From IMG/VR virus record IMGVR_UViG_3300033414_000001, positions 14,919-78,918 of that record: a stretch of 64,000 nucleotides of DNA; one strand, given 5' to 3'. The notes under the pieces are model-generated. The model searched no databases. It worked only from the letters and a program-made list of their open reading frames with translations, and was not told where the DNA came from. A program made the position numbers and the translations under genes. This document shows positions 16,908-25,665 of this stretch, piece after piece; position 1 is the stretch's first letter, and the number at the start of each line of letters is the position of its first letter. This DNA is from a virus. Taxonomy: Duplodnaviria; Caudoviricetes.

Positions 16908-17420
16908 CCCGACGATGCGGTCGTGGCTGCACAGACTTGGGGAAACGTCGATCGGCAGATCGGCGTTTCCCCTCCCCGCGCCCGCCTCGTGCGGGCTCAC
17001 CGGAGATCTTCGGATCTCCATTCCAGGGACGCACGATCGACAGATCGTTTCCGGTCTGGCTGACACCGTGACCGGGCATCCCACCGACCCCTGCCTATCT
17101 CGCGATGGGCGTGTCAGGGGGTCGGCTCATGTCGGAGCTGACGGGATCTTGCGGTCCCGATGCGCTCCGCTTACCGGCGAGCAACCCACGGCTCTTGCCG
17201 TTGAACCGCTCGCCATCAATGGTGGCCTCGCCTCGCGGCAGCATTGCGCTGCCATTCACGGCGATGACATCCCGGACGGCTTGGTTCTTCGGACCCATCG
17301 CGCCATCCACGTAGGGCTCGTCGCATCGGAAGCATGCACACCCCACGGCGGGGGCTTCCGCCGGTTAACGTGCGCGCATCTCGCGACGAGCCCTGCCACC
17401 GCTTTCTGACTCACTACGAA
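16908..17420 (+). ncRNA. large structured ncRNA candidate (~510 nt)
   Basis: No coupled ORF. Many helices, two C(UUCG)G and two GNRA tetraloops, an 11-bp long-range stem (17314-24/17383-93) and a closing stem (17221-26/17395-400). Confidence 0.6.
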
Positions 17421-17428
17421 GGAGCGTC

Positions 17429-17746
17429 ATGGCCGGACCAGTCTCCCCGCAGCAGTCAGCCCAGAAGAAGCGCGATCCGCTGGCGGCGGCAATCGTCTCG
17501 CAGCCCGGGCAGCAGGAGCTTGCTCCTCCGACGCCGGTCAGGGCCGCGGAACCGGATCTGATCCCGCCCGCTCCGCCGGCCTGCCTGCCCGAAGAGAGGC
17601 GGTTCCGGGTCCGGTCCTCCAAGATCGTCAACGTCGGCGGCTCCATGACGACACTCGCCGCGGGTTCCATCGTCAGCGCCAGAACCCATGACCTGGCAGC
17701 CCTCAGGACCCATGGAGTCGAGCTGGAACCCGAGCAGAGCAACTAG
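17429..17746 (+). CDS. small head-associated protein
   Basis: AAGGAG RBS; Pro-rich N-terminus plus a small beta domain; typical post-capsid position. Confidence 0.7.
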   Translation: MAGPVSPQQSAQKKRDPLAAAIVSQPGQQELAPPTPVRAAEPDLIPPAPPACLPEERRFRVRSSKIVNVGGSMTTLAAGSIVSARTHDLAALRTHGVELEPEQSN

Positions 17747-17760
17747 CGCCGTGAACCCGA

Positions 17761-18171
17761 ATGGCCCTCAACGACAGCGAAAGGGAGCGAACCAGATACC
17801 ACCTCGGGTATCTGTCTGTCGGGACGGCCGCTGCCCTTTCGTTCGGTGAGCCGCGCCCGATCCAGACCCTGTTCCTGGTGGACCTGGCGATGGATCGCCT
17901 GCTGGTCGCGTCGGAGGACCGAGTCAGGCGCATCCTTGGGGTGATGGACGGGATTGAAGAAAAGCTCATTGCCGCCCAAGACCGACTCGCCGCCGACAAG
18001 CTCGACGAGCTTGTTCTCCGGAAGACGGAGCCAGAGGAGCTGGAGACGGAGTATGTGCGCTGGGGAGGACGGCTTGCTGACATCCTGGGGGCGCCGTTCT
18101 ACCACTACAGCACCCGCTACAAGGGCCGATCAGGCGGAGTCTTTGCCGGCTCCATACCGGTGAGGAACTAG
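17761..18171 (+). CDS. head-tail adaptor
   Basis: ERERTRYHLGY; helical; neck position. Confidence 0.65.
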   Translation: MALNDSERERTRYHLGYLSVGTAAALSFGEPRPIQTLFLVDLAMDRLLVASEDRVRRILGVMDGIEEKLIAAQDRLAADKLDELVLRKTEPEELETEYVRWGGRLADILGAPFYHYSTRYKGRSGGVFAGSIPVRN

Positions 18172-18174
18172 CCC

Positions 18175-18711
18175 GTGGCCTCGCCGCACAGATTCACAAA
18201 CCTGTCGGGGGTCGATCTATCCAACACGCTGGCACGCAGGCTCGTACCGGTCGCCGATGCCCTCCGCGATCTGCGCACCACGTTCGGGATGCGTCCGTAC
18301 GAGGTCCACATCATCCGCACCGCGTGGAGCGGCGGGGAGCGCGGCGTCGGCGAGGAGTACGTCACCTCGGATCTCGTCATCCTTCCAACTCCTCGGATCG
18401 TCGATCTGTCGACGTTGTCTGCCATCGCTCAGCCGGTGGGCCTGGATGAGGTCGGCCTCGTAATGCTGGATGAGATCAGCGGGCGCTACACCGATGACCA
18501 GCTTCGCGGGCATCGCGACGACGGCTCGCCGCCGTCCCCTGAGGAGAACATTTTCTACGAGGTCGTCTTCCCGCTACCGGACGGGAGAGAAGGGACCGCC
18601 CCGCGACGGCGCTTCTTCCCTGCGTCCGCCCCCTACTACACTGCCGGGAAGTTCGAGTGGGTGATCCGTTTGGAGCGCGCGCGCCCCGACCGGCAGGCTG
18701 GGGGCTTCTGA
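18175..18711 (+). CDS. head-closure/stopper protein
   Basis: Beta-rich; synteny. Confidence 0.6.
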   Translation: MASPHRFTNLSGVDLSNTLARRLVPVADALRDLRTTFGMRPYEVHIIRTAWSGGERGVGEEYVTSDLVILPTPRIVDLSTLSAIAQPVGLDEVGLVMLDEISGRYTDDQLRGHRDDGSPPSPEENIFYEVVFPLPDGREGTAPRRRFFPASAPYYTAGKFEWVIRLERARPDRQAGGF

Positions 18712-19220
18712 TGGCGGACCTACACTTCAAGCTCGCGGACTACGGGCCCTATCTCCGGAAGCTCGCGAAAAGCGAGATCCCCGCGGCCATGGATCGGGCC
18801 ATGCTCTCGGCGGCGCTGCGATGCGTCCCCATCATGCAGACGCGCACGCGTCGCGCCCCAGCGTCGAATCCGTCAGGAATCAGCGTGGGCGGCGCGTTCA
18901 ACTACGGTGACTATTTGCGTGCGTGGAAGGCGGTCCCGATTCCCCGCGGGGCTCGACTGCTGAACGACAGACGATACGCCTCGGTCATCGAAGAAGGGCG
19001 TCGGCCTGGCGCCACGCGTCCCCCGATCCTTGCGCTGACGCACTGGGCGCAGCGGCGGTTGGGTGTTTCGGCGGAGGACGCGAAGAAGATCGCCTTCGCC
19101 GTCGCAAACAGCATCAAGAGCCGCGGACTGCTGCCTCGCCGAGTGCTGGGAAGCGCGATGCCGGAGCTATGGGCGGCGGCGAACGCGGAGATCGTGCGCG
19201 AGCTCCGGAGGGTACTCTGA
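18711..19220 (+). CDS. tail completion protein (HK97 gp10 / Mu gpG-like)
   Basis: G.Y.RAW...N...YA.VIEEGRRPG...PP..AL..W..RR motif. Confidence 0.75.
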   Translation: MADLHFKLADYGPYLRKLAKSEIPAAMDRAMLSAALRCVPIMQTRTRRAPASNPSGISVGGAFNYGDYLRAWKAVPIPRGARLLNDRRYASVIEEGRRPGATRPPILALTHWAQRRLGVSAEDAKKIAFAVANSIKSRGLLPRRVLGSAMPELWAAANAEIVRELRRVL

Positions 19221-19930
19221 TGCCGACGCCCCTCATCCCGAAGCCGCTGGGGAAGACCCGCCCGATCTTGCAATCCGCGGATCCGGAGCATCTCACGCTC
19301 CATCAAGAGACGGACGCGCGCACGGCCATCTGTCGTGGACTCAAGGAGTACGTCGAGCAGTTGAGCTTCCAATCCAACGGCGGTCGGCTGCTCCGCTTCG
19401 CGGCCGTCTACGACACCTGGGCTGAACCGGAAGATCAGGCGCAGTTCCCGGCCGCCGCAGTGGAGGGCATCGGAGAGGGGAGCTACGACGCTTCGCGCTT
19501 CACGCCTGGAGCAATCGCTACCGATGTGCCGGGGCAGGCCCTGGTTCTGCTGTCCGAGTTCACGATGGATGTCAGGCTCGACGTGTGGGCCACCGACAGC
19601 AAGGAGCGGATGTTCCTGATGGCGATGCTTGAACGCGCCCTGGCTCCATCCAACGACACGTACAGCTTCGCCCTGGAGCTGCCGCACTACTTCAACGCGC
19701 GCGCCATATACTCGTTGTCCAAGGGATCGTACGACGACAGCGATCTCAACGCGATCAGGAAGTATCGGCGCGCCTACCCTGTGCTCCAGGCAACGCTCCC
19801 GGTCATGCGCCCTGCGTCCGTTCCGACTCTGCGGCCGGGGCAGCCTCAGGTATCGCTGGAGGTCGTGGAGCCCCCGGCCGTTCTGGATCCCACGCTGGGC
19901 CAGGTGTTCTTCGGAATGGTGGATCCATGA
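19220..19930 (+). CDS. tail terminator/sheath stabiliser
   Basis: Synteny before the sheath gene; alpha/beta pattern (RLDVWA...ER). Confidence 0.6.
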   Translation: MPTPLIPKPLGKTRPILQSADPEHLTLHQETDARTAICRGLKEYVEQLSFQSNGGRLLRFAAVYDTWAEPEDQAQFPAAAVEGIGEGSYDASRFTPGAIATDVPGQALVLLSEFTMDVRLDVWATDSKERMFLMAMLERALAPSNDTYSFALELPHYFNARAIYSLSKGSYDDSDLNAIRKYRRAYPVLQATLPVMRPASVPTLRPGQPQVSLEVVEPPAVLDPTLGQVFFGMVDP

Positions 19931-20817
19931 GCCGGTTCTTCGCGCGCCCACCCACTGCGAATGAGGTGCGTCGACTGGAGGGAGGCGCCGCGTCCGAGCA
20001 CGCAATGGCAAGCGCCAACCCCCCGCCGATGGACGCGGCCGGACGCCCGTTCATCCCCTCGCCTCCTCCCGCCGCGGCGATTTCCGCCCTCATGGACGAG
20101 TTCCGACTTACGACAGTGAGTGCGGCTCACCCGGGCACAATAGGGATCGGCAACGATCCGGATCTGGTTACCGGCTTCCTGTATATCGAGGGAACCGGGC
20201 TGTCGACGGCTGCGCGAGTCGACGTGTTCCCGGTCAGTCCGGGAGATCCGAACGCTCCAGAAACGATCAACGTCCCGTTTCTTGTAGTTGGAGATTCCGA
20301 ACTGAGGATTCAGGGCATCGGAATCACGACTACCCACGGCCCTCCCCCAATCACGATCCCGAGCGGTGCATACCGGGTACGGGTCACCCTGGCCGACTCG
20401 ACCGTGCTCGTTTCCGGCGCGACGTGGAACTTCAACCTCACCGATATCGCAATCACGCGGCTTCACCTGCTCGGGGATACGCCGCATGAGCTTGACGTGA
20501 CCCCGTCTACTCCCGGAACGCTGCACTTGGCTGCGGGATCGGGAGATCTGAGGATCTACGGAGCTTTGCTCGGGACCGGGCTCATCGTGTCTGTTGACTT
20601 CATTCCGGTTACGCCAGGAGATCCGAATTCCCCACTGCTGCTGGGTGTTCCGCTTTCGATCGATCTCGCGAACTATACACTCCTGGTTACCTGGGCCGAT
20701 GCGGTGGCGGCGCGCAATCTGGCGGGAGGCAACAGCTCGTGCCTCTACTACGTCCAGGTCAACTCCAGCTACAGCACCGTGGACTCCTCGACGTGGGGCG
20801 TCGTCAATATTCAATGA
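19927..20817 (+). CDS. Ig/IPT-like repeat protein
   Basis: Two internal repeats of L.I.G.GL....VD..PV.PGDPN.P. Confidence 0.55.
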   Translation: MSRFFARPPTANEVRRLEGGAASEHAMASANPPPMDAAGRPFIPSPPPAAAISALMDEFRLTTVSAAHPGTIGIGNDPDLVTGFLYIEGTGLSTAARVDVFPVSPGDPNAPETINVPFLVVGDSELRIQGIGITTTHGPPPITIPSGAYRVRVTLADSTVLVSGATWNFNLTDIAITRLHLLGDTPHELDVTPSTPGTLHLAAGSGDLRIYGALLGTGLIVSVDFIPVTPGDPNSPLLLGVPLSIDLANYTLLVTWADAVAARNLAGGNSSCLYYVQVNSSYSTVDSSTWGVVNIQ

Positions 20818-20829
20818 ATTGAGGACCAA

Positions 20830-22812
20830 ATGAGCGGATTCATTCGTCGATTCGGATTCTTCCCTGGCGTAGAGGTAATCACGCAGATCGAAGGCGCCGT
20901 AGTCATCGACCAGCCGCCCCCCAGCGCAATCCAGGGCGTCGGCACTGGAGTTGTCGGCATCGTGGGCGAATTCTCTGACATGACGTTCGCCGTGCAGGTC
21001 GACGGATCCGGTAATGTCTCCAGCAAGCCGCAGCCCGTCGAAATCCTGTCCGCCAAGGACCTGACCGACAAGCTCGGCGGCTGGGACGAGACCATCGGGG
21101 AGTTCGGAGTTTCGGGCGGGAACGGGTTCGCAGCGCTTCGAAACAAGCGCTTCTCGCGACTCGTTGCCGTGCCCGTGAACCTGGCATCGAGTAAGGGGAT
21201 CCGCGTTTTCCGTCAGCTTCCCACCAACGCGTCGGCAACCAGCGCGACCCCGATCGTGCCGATGCAGGCGGGCTCAGTCGTGGCTGGGCGCGAATTCAAG
21301 TCTGGAGCAAATCGAGTCCGGGTCGCGGCGCGCGTCGACTTCACGTCCGATCTCCACTACGACTCGGGGATCGATGGCGCCGTGACAGCAGCAGGCGCGC
21401 CGGCCGCGACGCAAAGCTTCTCCAGCGCGGGCGGCGACTTCGTCAACAAGGGCGTCCGCGCGGGCGATCTGCTCGTTCTCGGAGTCATCGGCGGAGCGCT
21501 GGGGCTGGGCTCGAATGCGGCGACGTACCGGGTCAACGCGGTGACGAGTGCCACCGCTCTCGTTCTGGAGAAGCTCGACGGCTCGTCCTTCGACTGGGTC
21601 ACCACGGTGGCGATGCCGTGGCGATTGCATGCGGGCGTGGCCGGCGATTCGGCCAGCCCCGGGTTCGCCATCACGGCGGCGGGAGGAGCGACGATTCCAG
21701 CTCGACCTCTCGATATCACGGTGGTGGGCTCCACGGCCCTCATCCCGTCAGTGGTGCCTGCTGCGCCTACCGCGACATCCTGGGATCCGCTGTCCGGGCT
21801 CGGAGCCGTTACCAGCCCCGGCACGCCGGCCGGCGATCTCGTCTACACCGCGGCGGTGCAGGCGCCGAATGCCGTCTCCAGCGCGTCCTTCGATGCGCTG
21901 TACCAGGCCTGCCTTCAGGCGCTCTTGGCCGACGCCTACCCAGCGAGAGACGTGGTTATCGCATGGTGCGCTCGCACTAGCGCGACGATCCGGTCGCTGC
22001 TCAAGACGCATGCCTTGACCGCCTCCGAGCAGTCTGGACGCGTCGCGGTCGTGTCGCCAGAGATCAGCCAGTTCACCGAATCCACGGTGGTGGGCGACGC
22101 CAGCCCGGGAGTCGGAGCGACTCGCGACGAGCGCGTATTCTACGAGTGGCCCGGAGCTCTCAACTTCGTCCCGGAGGCCGTCGGGTTCCTCGTGAAGACG
22201 GCGCTGGGGGGCACGACGGCAGACGGCATGCTGGACGACCGATGCGATGGATGGCTGGCCTCCGTGCTCTCCAATCTGCCGCCCGAGCAGAACCCGGGGC
22301 AAAGCGGAGAGCCGATCGCCACCGTGATGTCGCCCATCCAGGGCTTCCAACGTGGCGTCGGGCCGTTCGCGCTTGCCGACTACATCCTGTTCAAGCAGCG
22401 CGGGATCGCCGCGCTTCGCCTGGATCAGGACGCGGGACCGATCTTCCAGAGCGGCATCACGTCCTCGCTGACCTCTGGTCAAAAGAACATCTCGCGACGA
22501 CGGATGGCCGACTTCATTCAGGATTCCCTGGCGCGAGGGATGAACAAGTTCGCGAAGAAGCTGATGACCCCGGCCCTCAAGGACGACGTGGTAGTGGAGG
22601 TGCAGTCCTTCCTGGAGGGTCTGCTGTCCCCGAACAATCCGCCGGCTCAGCGAATCGGCGCCTTCTCTCTCGACTCGAAGAGCGGGAATACGCCGGATCT
22701 GGAAGCGCGAGGGATCTTCGTGGTGATTTCGCGCGTTCGGACGCTGGCCAGCGCCGACGACATTGTGGCTCAAACCGAGATCGGAGAGAACGTCAACGTC
22801 ACGGTTGCGTAG
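20830..22812 (+). CDS. tail sheath protein
   Basis: FFPGVEV...IE N-terminus; C-terminal GI..LR....G.....G...RRMADFI...FL..L. Confidence 0.9.
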   Translation: MSGFIRRFGFFPGVEVITQIEGAVVIDQPPPSAIQGVGTGVVGIVGEFSDMTFAVQVDGSGNVSSKPQPVEILSAKDLTDKLGGWDETIGEFGVSGGNGFAALRNKRFSRLVAVPVNLASSKGIRVFRQLPTNASATSATPIVPMQAGSVVAGREFKSGANRVRVAARVDFTSDLHYDSGIDGAVTAAGAPAATQSFSSAGGDFVNKGVRAGDLLVLGVIGGALGLGSNAATYRVNAVTSATALVLEKLDGSSFDWVTTVAMPWRLHAGVAGDSASPGFAITAAGGATIPARPLDITVVGSTALIPSVVPAAPTATSWDPLSGLGAVTSPGTPAGDLVYTAAVQAPNAVSSASFDALYQACLQALLADAYPARDVVIAWCARTSATIRSLLKTHALTASEQSGRVAVVSPEISQFTESTVVGDASPGVGATRDERVFYEWPGALNFVPEAVGFLVKTALGGTTADGMLDDRCDGWLASVLSNLPPEQNPGQSGEPIATVMSPIQGFQRGVGPFALADYILFKQRGIAALRLDQDAGPIFQSGITSSLTSGQKNISRRRMADFIQDSLARGMNKFAKKLMTPALKDDVVVEVQSFLEGLLSPNNPPAQRIGAFSLDSKSGNTPDLEARGIFVVISRVRTLASADDIVAQTEIGENVNVTVA

Positions 22813-22866
22813 TTAGGGCAAGCGGCGTAGCATCTGCCCGTCGCCGCACCGTGTCCGCCGCACGGA

Positions 22867-22905
22867 ATAGGGCGGGTCGTTCTCTCCAGAGACGACCCGC
22901 CCTAT
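22867..22905 (+). terminator. hairpin between sheath and tube genes
   Basis: 14-bp perfect IR ATAGGGCGGGTCGT/ACGACCCGCCCTAT followed by CTGTTTT. Confidence 0.6.
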
Positions 22906-22929
22906 CTGTTTTCGAAAAGGACGAAAGTC

Positions 22930-23364
22930 ATGGCACAGAGGATCAAAGGTCAGGAAGTATCACTGTCCGTCATCATCGACGGAAGAGCTCTTGAGGCGGC
23001 GGCCGACTTCAGGAGCTTCGAGGTCGCCCCGAAGCTGGATAAGAAGGAAGAGGGGTACCTCGGCGAAACCACGAATCGGTACGACGAGATCTTCAACGGT
23101 GTCCGAGGGCGGGCCGAACTGCATTTCGAGAGTCAGGAGATCTTCACGCTCATGCAGGCGGTGATCGATCGGGCTACTCGGAGGACGCCGGGGGTGCAGG
23201 TCAACATCAAGGCGACGCTGCAATTCCCCAACGGGCAACGTCTCCGCGTCGCGCTCCGGGACGTGGTCTTCGGGGAGATGCCCATCAACTTCGGCAGCCG
23301 CGCGGATTACGGCGCCATGACGCTCGATTTCGAGTGCTCGAACATCGCCGTCATCACGGCATAG
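22930..23364 (+). CDS. tail tube protein
   Basis: 144 aa, beta-rich, directly after the sheath gene. Confidence 0.8.
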   Translation: MAQRIKGQEVSLSVIIDGRALEAAADFRSFEVAPKLDKKEEGYLGETTNRYDEIFNGVRGRAELHFESQEIFTLMQAVIDRATRRTPGVQVNIKATLQFPNGQRLRVALRDVVFGEMPINFGSRADYGAMTLDFECSNIAVITA

Positions 23365-23374
23365 GAGAAACAGC

Positions 23375-23746
23375 ATGGGAGCATTGGAGACTCATCTCGA
23401 CGCGCAGAAGCGGGCGCGAGCCATCTACGCGTACGTCGTCCCTGAGAGCATCCCGGGCGAAATCAAGACGGTGGAGTTGACGGAACTGACGGCCGAGGAG
23501 GAACTGCAGGCCATCAGGCGAGCCAACGACAACGCCATGAAGGCCGGGTATGAGGCGCTGAAGCAGGCGCTCGTCTCGGTCAACGGGAACAGGGTGACGG
23601 TCGCGGACGGCTCGGCCGATCTCGCGTTCGACTCCATGCACCCGAAGCTGCGCAATCTGCTGATGGCTGAGTACGCCGATCTGACTCATCCGTCAGAGGA
23701 GAACATGAAGGATTTTCGCGGGAGCCGCACCGTCAAGGTCGGGTGA
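23375..23746 (+). CDS. tail assembly chaperone
   Basis: V.L.ELT..EEL.A pattern; lies between the tube and tape measure genes. Confidence 0.75.
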   Translation: MGALETHLDAQKRARAIYAYVVPESIPGEIKTVELTELTAEEELQAIRRANDNAMKAGYEALKQALVSVNGNRVTVADGSADLAFDSMHPKLRNLLMAEYADLTHPSEENMKDFRGSRTVKVG

Positions 23747-23952
23747 CGTTCGCGGCGTTCCTGCTCGCACGCAGCAAGTCGGATCGCGAGCGGGACATCT
23801 GGCGTCTCGTCGCCTTCCTTGGGAGGTACGCCCATCAGCCGGCTGACGCAATTCTGCAACGCCCGCTGAGCGAACTGCGCAGACTGGCGGACGCTACCGG
23901 TACGCTACTGGAAGAAGAGGGCGAAGCGATGGCGAGAGCGAGCTCGACTTGA
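23743..23952 (+). CDS. tail assembly chaperone, second ORF
   Basis: Lies in the -1 frame overlapping the previous stop; RLVAFLGRY.HQP...L..PLSEL. Confidence 0.65.
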   Translation: MTFAAFLLARSKSDRERDIWRLVAFLGRYAHQPADAILQRPLSELRRLADATGTLLEEEGEAMARASST

Positions 23953-23960
23953 GGTGATGC

Positions 23961-25661
23961 GTGGCGCATGAGGTCCAGGCAGACTTCAAGGTCAACGCGG
24001 CCCCCGGGCTCGCCGCGATCGAGCGCCTATCTGCCGGGTTCGATCGCATCTCGCGAACGGTGGGGACGCTGGCCGCGGTTGGTGGTTCGCTTGCCGGCGC
24101 CTTCTCGTTGCAGAAGATCGTCGAGACCACGAAAGAGCACTACGGTGCGGTGAAGCGCCTCTCGCAACTCACCGGGCTCTCGACTGAGAAGGCGGACGGG
24201 CTGACCGAGGCGTTCGGGAAGGTGGGAATCGGAATCGGAGAGGCAGAGCAAATCCTGCTTGGGATGAGCCGACGCGCCAGCATGATGGATCTGAGCATGC
24301 AGGGCGTGATGCGCAGCGGAGGCGGGACGAAGGCGTTGTTCCGAGCGCTGGGCGTAGACATCCGGAAGGGCCCAGAGGAGGCCCTGATTCGACTCTCTGC
24401 ACTCTATCGCGCAGGCAAGGTCGACGTGACGCAGCTCGGGGCCGCATTCGGGGTCCCGCGAACGGCCGCGCTCGACTTCGCGAATCTGCTCCGTCGCGGC
24501 CCGGAATATCTAAAAGAAACGATCGCGGAAGCCAAGAAGTTCGGCATTCGAGAAGATCAGATGAAGGCGTTCAGCCGGATGAAGCTGGCGGGCGCGGAAG
24601 CCGCCGAGGCGTTCGAGCAGATGCAGGTGGTGATCGGCGGGGAGTTGCTGCCGATCCTCGCCGAACTGATGGAATCCGCCACCGCGAAAATCAAGGAATG
24701 GATGCCTCATGTCAGGGCATTCGGCGCCTTCCTGAGAGACAATCTGTCGGCTGCCTTGCGCACCGTCGTCACCATCGGCAAGGCGATGATCGCCAATTAC
24801 GCTATCATGAAGGCGACGGCGGCGCTCCAGTTGAAAGCGGTGGGGGCCGCACCCGGAGCGCCAGGGGGGTTCGGGGTCTCCGGCCTTCTGGGGCATCTCA
24901 AGAAATTCGCACTGGGTGGAGCAGCTCCAGGCTATGGGGCTATCGCACGCACCGGAAACGTGCTGGGTAGAGTGCCCGGCCTTGCCGGCACGTTTGGCGG
25001 TTTCGCAGGCATGGGGAACGTCACCATGCTGTTGCGAGTGTTTTCGGCGGTGGGCAGGCTGACGCTCATCGGCGCAGCAGCGATGATCGCCTGGAAGGCC
25101 TTCGGAGCTATCCGGGACAACGCGCTCGGCGTGCGAGATCGGCTACTGGAATTCTGGAATCGTCTCAAGGGACACTTCGCGGTCATCGCCAAACTGTTCG
25201 CTCCAGTTGGGAAGCTGTTCGGTAAGGACGGCGCGGTGGGGAAGTTCTTCACCGTGATCGTGGTGGGCGCAATCGATGCCCTGATGATGGCCGTGGATGG
25301 CCTGATGCAGTTCATCGAGATGATGGTCATCTTCTGGAAGAGGGTGATTGACGAGCCAAGCCGATTACTGCACCCAATCGACACGCTCGGCGACGCGGCG
25401 ATCGAAGCTGCGAAAATGCATCGAGATGCGATGAAGGCGCAGGAGTCGGAGCGTCTAGCGACGCGCGCCACGGATCTCAAGACGCCCGCAGAGCGCGGGG
25501 GAACAAGTTTCAATTTCCCAAACGCTCGCTTCGACATCGTACAGAAATTCGAAGAGGGGTACGATCCCGACAGGATTGCGGTCGCCTTTGCGAACGACAT
25601 CGCGGCCCTAGGCGAAAGAAGACTCCAGTCCGGATTCAGCCCGCTGTACGCCGTTCGGTGA
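23961..25661 (+). CDS. tape measure protein
   Basis: 566 aa, Ala/Gly-rich helical with hydrophobic segments; synteny. Confidence 0.85.
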   Translation: MAHEVQADFKVNAAPGLAAIERLSAGFDRISRTVGTLAAVGGSLAGAFSLQKIVETTKEHYGAVKRLSQLTGLSTEKADGLTEAFGKVGIGIGEAEQILLGMSRRASMMDLSMQGVMRSGGGTKALFRALGVDIRKGPEEALIRLSALYRAGKVDVTQLGAAFGVPRTAALDFANLLRRGPEYLKETIAEAKKFGIREDQMKAFSRMKLAGAEAAEAFEQMQVVIGGELLPILAELMESATAKIKEWMPHVRAFGAFLRDNLSAALRTVVTIGKAMIANYAIMKATAALQLKAVGAAPGAPGGFGVSGLLGHLKKFALGGAAPGYGAIARTGNVLGRVPGLAGTFGGFAGMGNVTMLLRVFSAVGRLTLIGAAAMIAWKAFGAIRDNALGVRDRLLEFWNRLKGHFAVIAKLFAPVGKLFGKDGAVGKFFTVIVVGAIDALMMAVDGLMQFIEMMVIFWKRVIDEPSRLLHPIDTLGDAAIEAAKMHRDAMKAQESERLATRATDLKTPAERGGTSFNFPNARFDIVQKFEEGYDPDRIAVAFANDIAALGERRLQSGFSPLYAVR

Positions 25662-25665
25662 TCGC

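Noticed and set aside
15051-17084. 677-aa minus-strand ORF, and many similar long antisense ORFs in the track
   Set aside because: These are shadows of real genes (capsid, portal, sheath and others), expected in high-GC DNA; no motifs or RBS.
22905-22929. GGACGAAAGTC resembling a hammerhead ribozyme core
   Set aside because: No CUGAnGA partner strand; it overlaps the tube RBS.
23690-23760. Programmed -1 frameshift in the tail assembly chaperone
   Set aside because: The geometry fits (second ORF in the -1 frame, open for ~25 codons upstream), but there is no canonical X-XXY-YYZ slippery site and GTGA coupling explains the second ORF.
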